Below, piece after piece: positions 46,714-56,400 of a stretch of 64,000 nucleotides of DNA (position 1 is its first letter; each line of letters starts with the position of its first letter). The notes beneath the pieces are model-generated. The model saw only the letters and a program-made list of their open reading frames with translations. It made no database searches and was not told where the DNA came from. The DNA lies in contig OZ220741.1 in the NCBI GenBank assembly GCA_965116885.1, forward strand, positions 2,240,001 to 2,304,000, in the 5' to 3' direction. The translations under genes and the position numbers were made by a program. Source of the DNA: Candidatus Latescibacterota bacterium (GTDB lineage: Bacteria > Latescibacterota > UBA2968).

Positions 46714-48687
46714 TTGGAAAATCTTTTTTTTAAACTGCGATCGCGAACTACTGACCCGTTTGCGCGAGTAAAAAATTACCTGAAATTTCGCGTTGAGCGA
46801 TTGTTGTTGAGCGGAGCACATTCTCGATTGCTATTTATCGCATCCTTAATTGGCATTGTCGCCGTTTGTGGCGGTTTGCTGGTGCAGGCTACGGACGTGC
46901 CTTTTGATGATCGCGAAACAGCTATCTGGTGGGCTTTTTTGCGTTTGACCGATCCGGGTTATTTGGGGGATGATGAAGGGCTTGCCCGCCGCGTGATTTC
47001 AACGGTGGTGACAGTGCTTGGGTACGTGCTTTTTATGGGGTCTCTGATCGCGATTATGACGCAGTGGCTCAATCAGACGATTCGCGATTTTGAGCGCGGG
47101 CTTACGCCCATTGTGCGTCGCAATCACATTTTGATTTTGGGATGGACCAATCGCACATCCGAAATTGTCAGCGAGTTGATGCGCGCCGAAGGTCGCGTGC
47201 GCCGGTTTTTACAACTGCGCGGTGCGCGTGGGTTACACGTGGTGATTCTTTCCGAAGATGTGAGTTTGGAGCGCACAATGGAATTGCGGAGGGCACTGGG
47301 TCCTCTGTGGAATCCTAAAAAGATCACTTTTCGGTCGGGGATACCCCTGCGGATAGAACATCTGGAGCGCGTGGATTTTCAAAATGCGAGTGCCATTATT
47401 TTGCCCGGTGCTGATTTTGCCTATGGCAGTGCGGATGAATCGGATACGCGTATCATAAAAACACTGTTGTCAATAGCGAATCAACGAGAAAAAGAAGATG
47501 GGATAGAAGTTCTACCCCTGCTGGTGACAGAAATTTTTGATTCCGACAAAGTGTTTATGGCTAAAAGGGCTTATAGAGGCATTTTAGAGATTTTGGCGAG
47601 TGATCTTTTTATTACGCGATGTATGGCGCAAAATGTGCGTCATCCGGGATTGTCACAGGTGTTCCACGATATCTTGTCGCACGGGGTTGGCAATGAGGTC
47701 TATGTGCGAATGTGCGAGGAGTTTACGGGTTTTCGTTTTGGCGATCTATCGGGTGCGTACCCCAAAGCGATTTTGCTGGGCGTGGTGCGTCCTCAAGGTG
47801 AAACTTTTTGCCCCCTGCTCAATCCGCCCGAGGATCTGATTTTGGAATCAGAAGACCGGCTGGTCTTTTTGGCAGAAGATTACGGGGATTGTGAACCTCT
47901 GAGAAATTATCAGTTAGAACGCGTATCGCGTAAATTTCAAGAGGTGCCCCATGTGAGGGAAAAAGGCAAACGACGCATCTTAATTTTAGGATGGAATCAC
48001 AAAGCTGCGGTTTTGCTTAAAGAATTCGGCAGGCAGGTGCGCGAACAATTTGAGGTCGCGGTTTTGTCTCTTATACCCTTGGCACAAAGAGAAGCTGAAG
48101 TGGCGCAAAAAGGTATTGACCCGCGCCGAGTCGTTGTCACCCATCGCGAAGGCGATCCCACTTCTCTATCAGATTTAAGAGAAATGGAGCCAGGTGGGTA
48201 TGACAATGTGGTGATTTTGGGCAGTGACTGGGTAGAGACACAGGAAGAGTCGGATGCGCGGACGATTGTGGGACATCTGGTGCTGAGGAATGTGCTGGAT
48301 GAGGGCACACATAAACCAGAAATTCTGGTCGATTTGATGGATTTCGAAAATGTAGTGTTGTTTGAAGATTGCGATACCGAGGTTCTGGTTACGCCCATGA
48401 TCGCAAGCCATGTGCTGGCACAAGTTGCGTTGCGTCGGGAGATCAATGTTGTTTATGAAGAGTTGTTTGCCGCCGGTGGTGCAGAGATTTGCTTTCGCCG
48501 GGTTCCAGATTACGGCATAGCAGGTCTAAATATGAGTTTTGAAGAGCTAAAAGAGATGTCGGCATGTCGGGGCGAAATCGCGCTGGGTATTCGCCAAAAC
48601 GGCGGGGTTGTGCTCAATCCGACGCGTGATGAACCATATATGCTAAGTGAATCGGATGATCTTATTGTATTGGTTCGGGAGGATTAA
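46714..48687 (+). CDS. CASTOR/POLLUX (DMI1)-like cation channel with tandem RCK domains
   Basis: WWAFLRLTDPGYL pore motif; two ILILGW RCK starts; HPGLSQV; LLNPP. Confidence 0.8.
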   Translation: MENLFFKLRSRTTDPFARVKNYLKFRVERLLLSGAHSRLLFIASLIGIVAVCGGLLVQATDVPFDDRETAIWWAFLRLTDPGYLGDDEGLARRVISTVVTVLGYVLFMGSLIAIMTQWLNQTIRDFERGLTPIVRRNHILILGWTNRTSEIVSELMRAEGRVRRFLQLRGARGLHVVILSEDVSLERTMELRRALGPLWNPKKITFRSGIPLRIEHLERVDFQNASAIILPGADFAYGSADESDTRIIKTLLSIANQREKEDGIEVLPLLVTEIFDSDKVFMAKRAYRGILEILASDLFITRCMAQNVRHPGLSQVFHDILSHGVGNEVYVRMCEEFTGFRFGDLSGAYPKAILLGVVRPQGETFCPLLNPPEDLILESEDRLVFLAEDYGDCEPLRNYQLERVSRKFQEVPHVREKGKRRILILGWNHKAAVLLKEFGRQVREQFEVAVLSLIPLAQREAEVAQKGIDPRRVVVTHREGDPTSLSDLREMEPGGYDNVVILGSDWVETQEESDARTIVGHLVLRNVLDEGTHKPEILVDLMDFENVVLFEDCDTEVLVTPMIASHVLAQVALRREINVVYEELFAAGGAEICFRRVPDYGIAGLNMSFEELKEMSACRGEIALGIRQNGGVVLNPTRDEPYMLSESDDLIVLVRED

Positions 48688-48689
48688 GT

Positions 48690-49580
48690 ATGAAGCCCTG
48701 GGATAATTTACGCACGGTATTTGAAGAACCAATCGTTTCTTTTGGTGAAATAGAAATAACGCCAGCCATTTTGCTGACGGCTGCGCTGATTATTCTTATT
48801 GCGTATGGGATATCGCGGTTGTTGCAGCGCATGTTGCGGCGCAATGTGTTTGAACGGATACATTTAAACGAGGGTTCGCAGTCGGCTATTTGTCGCCTAT
48901 TGCACATTGTTATTATGTGCATCGGCGTATTTATCGCCATAGAATATACCGGGATTAATCTGACGACATTGGCTGCGGTTAGTGCGGTATTGCTGGTGGG
49001 GATTGGTTTGGGGTTGCAAACTATTACTCACAATTTTATCAGCGGACTCATTATGTTGTTTGAGCGCCCCGTGCAGGAAGGAGATTTTGTGGAGGTGGGC
49101 GGTGTGCAAGGGAGTGTGCAGGCGGTCAATGCATATAGCACAAAGGTCGAGACCCTGGATAATGTGACGATTATTGTGCCCAATTCAAAATTTCTATCTG
49201 AAAATGTCACAAACTGGAGCTTTCAAGAGTCAAAAGTGCGTATTCATGTGTCTGTCGGTGTGTCTTACGGTTCCGATGTGGAACTGGTCGCGGAGACGTT
49301 GTTGGAGGTGGGGCAGGCGCATCCAGAGGTTTTGTCCGACCCCGAACCGCAGATCCAGTTCCTGACATTTGGCGATAGTTCTCTGAATTTTGATTTGCTG
49401 GTTTGGATTGAGGATCCACCCCGTCAGTATTTTGTGATTAGTGATTTGAATTTTGCTATCGTCCGGGCATTCCGAGAGCGGAATATCGAGATTCCATTCC
49501 CACAGCGGGATTTGCATGTGCGAAGTGCCGTGCCAATGAGTGTGGCTACACAATCGGATGGTAATGAAAAAAAAGAATAG
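48690..49580 (+). CDS. mscS: Small-conductance mechanosensitive channel (MscS family)
   Basis: GIGLGLQ..NFISG..LFERP..GD, IIVPNS, VGVSYGSD, IEIPFPQRDLH. Confidence 0.9.
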   Translation: MKPWDNLRTVFEEPIVSFGEIEITPAILLTAALIILIAYGISRLLQRMLRRNVFERIHLNEGSQSAICRLLHIVIMCIGVFIAIEYTGINLTTLAAVSAVLLVGIGLGLQTITHNFISGLIMLFERPVQEGDFVEVGGVQGSVQAVNAYSTKVETLDNVTIIVPNSKFLSENVTNWSFQESKVRIHVSVGVSYGSDVELVAETLLEVGQAHPEVLSDPEPQIQFLTFGDSSLNFDLLVWIEDPPRQYFVISDLNFAIVRAFRERNIEIPFPQRDLHVRSAVPMSVATQSDGNEKKE

Positions 49581-49589
49581 GAAACGAAT

Positions 49590-51785
49590 TTGCAAAAACC
49601 AATGAGCTTTGTGCAGCAGCGGGGTATTTATTGCGTCCTCGCTTGTTTTTTGTTCGCTTCTTCATTGTGTGCAGAAGATATACGGCTTACGGTGATTCAC
49701 AGTAACGATGTGTCCGGGCAATTGACGCGGCAAGGAGATCGCGGGGGGATGGCTGCGCGCGTGGGGTTGATTCGCAAATTGCAGGCTTCTGAACCGGCGA
49801 TTGTTCTGGATGCGGGGGATGCTCTGGGTCCCAATGCGATGTCGCGGTTTGACGGGGGCACGACGATGTGCGCGGCGATGAATCGCGCGAATTATGCGGC
49901 TATGGCGGTGGGGAATCACGATCTGTCTTTGGGGTGGGATGTTTTGGAAGCGCGGCAAAAGGAAATTGATTTTCCGATGCTGGCGGCGAATCTCGTGCGA
50001 AGAGATGGTGGGAAGCCTCCTTTGCGGGGTTATATCCTGGTAAAGGTCGGCGATGTTCAGGTAGGGATCATTGGTGTGTTGGGGCCAGAGGTCGCAGATA
50101 AAATTGACCCGGGTCATCTGTCGGGTCTGAGGGTTGGCGATCCCGCTAAAGTTGTGGATTCATTGGCTGTTGTGTTGCGCGGTAAAAAGGCGCAGTGCGT
50201 TATTGTTTTGGCGCATATGGATGAAACGAGTGCTTTGAATTTTGCCCGCGGGGTTGAGGGCGTTGATCTGGTTGTCGCTGGCGGATTTAGCGATCTGGAC
50301 CGCGGTTTACAGGTGCCGGGTCTGATCCGTCTGGTGAATGGTCTGACGCTGGTCGTCACGCCGAGTAATGGGATGTCTGTTGGCCGCGTTGTGCTCCATT
50401 TTTCGCAAGATTCAGAGGGCAATATGAAGGTGGTGGATGTTGTGGCGGAGCAGATACCAGTGGATCGGTCTGTGGCGCGTGACCCGGAGGTAGAGCAATT
50501 GGTCAACGATCTCAGGCAAAGATACGAACAGGTCGCGAATCAGAGGATAGGGCGGATTGTGGGAAAGACATATCGAGATCAAGGGCGTGTTGTTGCAGGG
50601 GTGATGCGCCGATATTTGGATGGCGAGGTGGGCATTATCAATCGGGGGGGATTGGGGCTTGTGCCTTCAAATCGCGTGCTCAAAGTGGGGCATATCGATC
50701 GTTTGATTCCTTTTGATGATCGTCTGGTGAAGATGAGACTGACGGGTGCGCAACTTTTGAGTATTGCCCGACGCAGCCAAAATGCGCTGGGGGAAGATGC
50801 GCAGTTGATTTTTTCCGGTTTGGGAAAAAATACAATTAATGGGCGTCCCATTCAAAAGAACGAATTGTATCGCGTTGTAGTTGTCGAGTTTTTGGCGAAT
50901 GGCGGCGATGGATATGGCGAGTTTCGCAAGGGAACAGATGTTGTGTTTACGGGTATGCCGCTCCGACAAATGGTCGTTTATGCACTGCGAGATACGCAGA
51001 CTGTGCTGGTGCCTGGCGAGTTTGCCACTCTGAGATCAAATGGAATTTGGCACGTGAATTGGACTGTCAAGGGCGCGTTTAATCGCAATTATATCGATGG
51101 TACAACACTTGCGTATCGCGCGCAGAGAGAACGGGTATCATTTCTCAGCGGTAAGACCAGTCTGGCATGGAATACGACGATGAATTTGACAGTTGTAAGA
51201 GATATGGGAAAACAATTGCTTACGCTTGACCAGAGTCTGGTGATTGGGCAAGTTGGAACGGCGTTTGACAATTTAACGCGGTCAGAAGATCAATTGGAAA
51301 CGGATTTGATATATCGCTATCGCACGCAATCTGTGGCTGATCCTTTTGTTTTGGCGGGATATAGCACCGCATTGCGCGAAGTCGAGGGACACCGGCCCAG
51401 GCTTCTGCGCGGTAGTGCTGGTTTCCAACGGCGTTTTGGGAGGACCCTTACCGTCAGGTTGGGTGCCCGCGCACAGCGCGATCTGGCGGTTGACGCAAAT
51501 GACATAGGGGCTGAAGTGTATTTGGACTATCGGCGATCATTGGGCAGCGGCAAATTGCGGTCGCGGTTGCGCAGTTTTACGGGGTTTACAGATCGGCAGG
51601 TGGTGTCTTTAGAGAATTATAATTCGCTCGCTTTTCCATTGGTTGGCGAGTTGAGTTTGTCTGTGCAGCAGAGCAATTTTTTGTATCGCGTGAATAAAAT
51701 TCGCAATACGCCTGTTGATGGCATTGCCAATCGGTGGAATCTGACGCTCGGTCTGGTGTATGATTTGGGGTGGAAGTGGTATTGA
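49590..51785 (+). CDS. 5'-nucleotidase-like (metallophosphoesterase + 5_nucleotid_C) protein fused to a C-terminal outer-membrane beta-barrel
   Basis: Signal peptide; HSND, LDAGD, GNHD, FPMLAANL, LAHM, INRGG, FLANGGDGY; last ~245 aa amphipathic strands ending LGWKWY. Confidence 0.8.
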   Translation: MQKPMSFVQQRGIYCVLACFLFASSLCAEDIRLTVIHSNDVSGQLTRQGDRGGMAARVGLIRKLQASEPAIVLDAGDALGPNAMSRFDGGTTMCAAMNRANYAAMAVGNHDLSLGWDVLEARQKEIDFPMLAANLVRRDGGKPPLRGYILVKVGDVQVGIIGVLGPEVADKIDPGHLSGLRVGDPAKVVDSLAVVLRGKKAQCVIVLAHMDETSALNFARGVEGVDLVVAGGFSDLDRGLQVPGLIRLVNGLTLVVTPSNGMSVGRVVLHFSQDSEGNMKVVDVVAEQIPVDRSVARDPEVEQLVNDLRQRYEQVANQRIGRIVGKTYRDQGRVVAGVMRRYLDGEVGIINRGGLGLVPSNRVLKVGHIDRLIPFDDRLVKMRLTGAQLLSIARRSQNALGEDAQLIFSGLGKNTINGRPIQKNELYRVVVVEFLANGGDGYGEFRKGTDVVFTGMPLRQMVVYALRDTQTVLVPGEFATLRSNGIWHVNWTVKGAFNRNYIDGTTLAYRAQRERVSFLSGKTSLAWNTTMNLTVVRDMGKQLLTLDQSLVIGQVGTAFDNLTRSEDQLETDLIYRYRTQSVADPFVLAGYSTALREVEGHRPRLLRGSAGFQRRFGRTLTVRLGARAQRDLAVDANDIGAEVYLDYRRSLGSGKLRSRLRSFTGFTDRQVVSLENYNSLAFPLVGELSLSVQQSNFLYRVNKIRNTPVDGIANRWNLTLGLVYDLGWKWY

Positions 51786-51798
51786 GATCACAGAATAG

Positions 51799-53082
51799 AT
51801 GGGAAGAATAATGTCAGTAATGGAAGAAGATAGACGACCTGTTGCCGGTGCATTGATGGTTGGATTTGCTGCGGGTTTTTTGTTGTGTGGCTATGAGTTT
51901 GTGCGGAGTGTATCCACGTCGTTGTTCATCGGCGCGTATGGGGCGCACAATTTGCCTTTTGTTATGATGCTGGCGCCTCTGGGTACGTTTGGTATGGTTT
52001 GGGGGTATGGGGCGTTGTTGTCGCGGTTTGGGTCGCGGCAGACTTTGTTTTTGACGTCGGTGCTTTCGGGGGGAGGTATTCTGGCGTGTTATGGGGGGAT
52101 TGTGTCTGGTTTTCATCCGGCAGTCGGGGTGTTATATGTGCTGCGCGAAGCGTATATTGTGCTGATTATTGAACAGTACTGGTCGTTTATCAATAGCGTC
52201 TTGCGCGATGATCAGGGGCGAAAGTACAATGGTCCGATCTGTGGGATTGCGTCGGTGGGTGCGATTTGTGGGGGTTTGATTGTAGGGCAAACGGCGAAGG
52301 TGATAGGCAGTGAACATCTGCTGATTTTTGCAGGGTTATCCCTGTTGCCAGCAGCCGTTCTGGCGTGGTGGGCTTATGGTCTTGGAGGGGTGCCAGTTCA
52401 GGAGCCGGAAAAGCGAGGTAAGCTGGCGTTGGGTTTGTTTCGGGAAATTCCGACTTTGCGCTATCTCGCGGGATTGATTTTTGTGACGCAGATGGTGTCG
52501 GCGGTGTTGGATTTGCGGTTCAGTGGGCTGGTGGAGACGGCTTTGCCGATGCAGGACGAGCGCACCGCTTATTTGGGGCATTTTTATGCGTTGTTGAATG
52601 CATGTGCATTTGTGTTTCAGTTTGGCGTCGCGCCCCTGTTGCTGCGCTTTGTGTCGTTGCGAACTGCTCATCTCGGTATTCCGGTGGTTCATTTGATAAC
52701 GTGTGGGGTGTTGTTGGCATATCCGACTCTGACCACTGGTGCATTGGCCTATCTGGTGTTTAAGACACTGGATTATTCGGTGTTTCGAGCTGCAAAAGAG
52801 TTGCTCTATATTCCGCTTTCGTTTGATGCGAGGTACCGGGCCAAAGAAGTGATCGATGCGTTTGGCTATCGCGCGTCAAAGGGAATGACTTCGGGATTGA
52901 TTGCACTGGCGGGGACCATTTCTTACAGGGTTTTCAATATTGGGCGATTGCCGGGGTCAGTATATCCGCTTGTCGCATTGGGCGCGTTGGGTGTATGGAG
53001 TTGGCTCGCGTGGGCAATTACAAGATCGGGGGATGATAGGGGTCGGCGACCATTGGTCTCAGAGGAAGTTGCCGATTTGTAG
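51799..53082 (+). CDS. NTT/TLC (Npt1/Npt2, ATP/ADP translocase-like) MFS transporter
   Basis: ~12 TM; QYWSFINS; LDYSVFRAAKELLYIPL..RYRAKEVID..YRASKG signature. Confidence 0.8.
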   Translation: MGRIMSVMEEDRRPVAGALMVGFAAGFLLCGYEFVRSVSTSLFIGAYGAHNLPFVMMLAPLGTFGMVWGYGALLSRFGSRQTLFLTSVLSGGGILACYGGIVSGFHPAVGVLYVLREAYIVLIIEQYWSFINSVLRDDQGRKYNGPICGIASVGAICGGLIVGQTAKVIGSEHLLIFAGLSLLPAAVLAWWAYGLGGVPVQEPEKRGKLALGLFREIPTLRYLAGLIFVTQMVSAVLDLRFSGLVETALPMQDERTAYLGHFYALLNACAFVFQFGVAPLLLRFVSLRTAHLGIPVVHLITCGVLLAYPTLTTGALAYLVFKTLDYSVFRAAKELLYIPLSFDARYRAKEVIDAFGYRASKGMTSGLIALAGTISYRVFNIGRLPGSVYPLVALGALGVWSWLAWAITRSGDDRGRRPLVSEEVADL

Positions 53083-53090
53083 ATGAATGC

Positions 53091-53119
53091 TTGACACAAA
53101 ATGTCAAAACCTCTATTTT
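53091..53119 (+). promoter_or_regulatory. sigma70 promoter of the ileS leader
   Basis: TTGACA-17 bp-TATTTT. Confidence 0.7.
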
Positions 53120-53149
53120 TAACCGCGCTGATAGGAAAAGGATAAAAAT

Positions 53150-53287
53150 ATGACTACAACCCATCAAACATCTCCACAACTGAAAAAGGGTCCTGCCCAG
53201 GTGACAGGTTATCTGACACCGGGCAGTGCCATTGGGGTTATACGTATATATGCCGCGGAGGCGCTTGTGGGGTGTTGTTTGTCTTAA
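53150..53287 (+). CDS. Putative ileS leader peptide (45 aa)
   Basis: MTTTHQTSPQLKKGPAQVTGYLTPGSAIGVIRIYAAEALVGCCLS*; AAGGA RBS; Ile codons ATT, ATA, ATA clustered at 53231-53248. Confidence 0.65.
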   Translation: MTTTHQTSPQLKKGPAQVTGYLTPGSAIGVIRIYAAEALVGCCLS

Positions 53288-53310
53288 GCTATATACTTTT
53301 TGTATGACAC

Positions 53311-53343
53311 ACCGCCAGGGCGTTTGCCGTGGCGGTTTTTTTT
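53311..53343 (+). terminator. Attenuator terminator upstream of ileS
   Basis: ACCGCCA..GGC-GTTT-GCC..TGGCGGT followed by a T-run. Confidence 0.8.
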
Positions 53344-53392
53344 GCAGTAATTTGGGGCGGCATTTAACCTGATGGGTGGTGGGGTTGGGGGT

Positions 53393-53433
53393 ATCCTGTT
53401 CATCCTTCCATCCTGCCCATCCTGATTCTGACA
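53393..53433. repeat. Short degenerate ATCCT tandem repeat
   Basis: ATCCTGTTC ATCCTTCC ATCCTGCCC ATCCTGATTCTGACA. Confidence 0.7.
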
Positions 53434-53443
53434 GGAGTTTTTA

Positions 53444-56400
53444 ATGTTTGAGAAAGTAGATACAAATGTGAATTTTCCCAAAGAGGAAGAGAAGGTGCTC
53501 GCTTTTTGGGATGAGATCAGAGCATTTGAAAAGTCGCTCGAGATCAGAAAAAATAACGATGAATACGTTTTTTACGATGGGCCGCCTTTTGCGACGGGTT
53601 TGCCGCATTACGGACACTTGCTGGCCGGGACGATTAAAGATGTGATCCCGCGCTATCAGACTATGAATGGCAAATACGTAGATCGCGTCTTTGGATGGGA
53701 TTGTCACGGTTTGCCCGTAGAATACGAACTCAGCCAGGAATTGGGCTTGAATAGCAAGCACGAGATTGAAGAGTACGGGATTGCGGAATACAATGAGGCT
53801 TGCCGGAGTATTGTTTTGCGCTATACTGCCGAGTGGCGACAATTTGTCAAGCGCATTGGGCGCTGGGTCGATTTTGAGAATGGGTACCGCACGATGGACC
53901 GCGATTACATGGAGTCTATCTGGTGGGTGTTCAAACAGCTTTGGGATAAGGGCTTGATCTACGAGGGACACAAAATTTTGCCTTATTGTCCCCGGGATGC
54001 GACACCTTTGTCCAATTTTGAAGCCAATCAGGGTTATGAGATGGTGCAGGATCCGGCTATTACTGTTGCGTTTAAGCTCAAAGATGAACCGGATACATAT
54101 CTGCTGGCGTGGACGACAACGCCCTGGACATTGCCGTCGAATCTGGCAATGACTGTGCATGAAGATATAGATTATGTGTATGTCAAAGATGAGGATGTGA
54201 CTTACGTTCTCGCTGAGGCGCGTGTGGATACCTATTATCCCTCGGGCAGACCCGAGATTGTCAGGACCGTAAAGGGGAAGGAACTTCTGGGTCTGCAATA
54301 CGAACCGCTTTTTCCCTATTTTGAAGATTTGCGCGCGGAGGGGGCGTTCCGCATTATCACAGCCGAGTTTGTTACTACTGAAGAAGGGACGGGTATTGTC
54401 CACACGGCACCCGGATTTGGCGAGGACGATGCCGAAGCCGGTCGCGTTCACGGCGTTCCGGCTGTATGTCCGATTGATGCCGAATGCCGTTTTACGTCTG
54501 AGGTGAATGACTACGAAGGGCGTTTTGTCAAGGACTGTGATAGCGATATTGTGAATCGCTTAAAGGAGGAGGGCAAGCTCGTTCATCGCTCTACACATCA
54601 CCACAGTTATCCCCATTGCTGGCGTTGTGAGGCTCCCCTTATTTACAGGGCGATTTCGACGTGGTTTGTCAATATTGAGAAGATTAAAGAGAAGATGCTC
54701 CGTGCAAACGCGCAGATCCATTGGGTGCCCGAACATATCAAAGCGGGGCGTTTTGGCAATTGGCTGGAAAATGCGCGGGATTGGGCGATTTCCCGCAATC
54801 GCTATTGGGGTTGCCCGCTTCCCCTGTGGCGAAATGAGGAGACGGGTGAGACTGTGTGTGTTGGTTCTATCGGCGAGCTGGAGGAACGCACGGGGGGAAA
54901 GTTTGACGATATTCACAAGCATTTTATGGATCCCGTAATTATTGAGGGAGAAACCGGATCTCTTACCCGCGTGCCCGAAGTGCTCGATTGCTGGTTTGAG
55001 AGCGGTTCTATGCCTTATGCACAACGCCATTATCCGTTTGAAAATAAAGATTGGCTGGACGCACATTTTCCGGCGGATTTTATCGCCGAGGGATTGGATC
55101 AGACGCGGGGCTGGTTTTACACGCTTGTGGTGCTCGGTGCTGCCCTTTTTGACCGTCCGCCGTTCGAGAATGTGGTCGTTAATGGTATGATTCTCGCCGA
55201 AGATGGGCGCAAGATGTCCAAGCGGTTGAAGAATTACCCCGATCCGATGCATATCATGGATACTTATGGTGCCGATGCCTTGCGTCTCAATATGTTGTCT
55301 TCTCCTGTGGTGCGCGGGGAAGATCTCGCGTTTTCGGAACAGGGGGTTCAAAAGACGATGCGCAGCGTCTTGTTGCCTTTGTGGAATGCGTACAGTTTTC
55401 TCGTTACTTATGCGCGTGTTGATAACTGGCAGCCTACATCGGAACGGTCAGATCATCCGCTCGATCGCTGGATCCGCGCGCGCTTGAATCATCTGGTGCG
55501 CGATATTCGCCAGGGTCTGGATCGCTGTCATTTGCAAACAGCGGCCACGCGTTTTGCGACATTTATCGATGATATGACCAACTGGTATATCCGGCGCAGC
55601 CGACGGCGATTCTGGAAGAGCGATAATGATAGCGATAAATTGTCTGCTTATGCGACGCTTTATCATGTGCTTTTGACGCTGGTCAAAGCACTGGCGCCTT
55701 TCGCGCCGTTTATCACGGAAACGATCTACCGGAATTTGCGTGCGAGCGATATGCCGGAGTCCGTTCATTTGTGCGATTATCCCGATGTAATTGAGGCCGA
55801 TCTGGATGAGAGATTGGAACAGCAGATGGCGCGTACGCGAACAGCGGTGGGGTTGGGCAGGTTTTTGCGGAGTCAGGCCAATGCCAGGACCCGGCATCCG
55901 TTGCGTACGGCGATTCTGGTGTCTATGCAGGAGGATGTGCGTGCAGATCTCAGGGCATTACAGGATATTATCGCGGATGAGTTAAATGTGAAAGAGGTGG
56001 ATATTCGCGACGATGAAGAGGCAGTGGTGACGCTTTCTGCAAAAGCCAATTTCAGAGCGTTGGGTCCGCGTTTGGGGAAAAATATGAAGGTGGCAGCGGG
56101 GAAGATTGCGGGTCTGAGTTTTGAGGAAATTCAATCTTTGCGCGAAGGCCATGCGATTATATTAGAATTAGATGGTGCGGATCCCCTGGAACTCACAGTT
56201 GATGATATTTTGATTCAGCGCGAAGAGAAAGAAGATATGCCTGTGGCAAATGAAGGCGATATTACGGTGGCGCTGGATTTATATCGGGATGAAGATTTGG
56301 TGCGCGAAGGTCTGGCGCGTGAGATTGTTCATGTTATTCAAAATATCCGCAGGGAGAAGGAGCTGGATGTTTCAGATCGGATCACAGTGACTTATGGCGT

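Noticed and set aside
53120..53443. T-box riboswitch upstream of ileS
   Set aside because: No GGTGGNACC T-box before the terminator and no recognisable stem I motifs; leader-peptide model fits better
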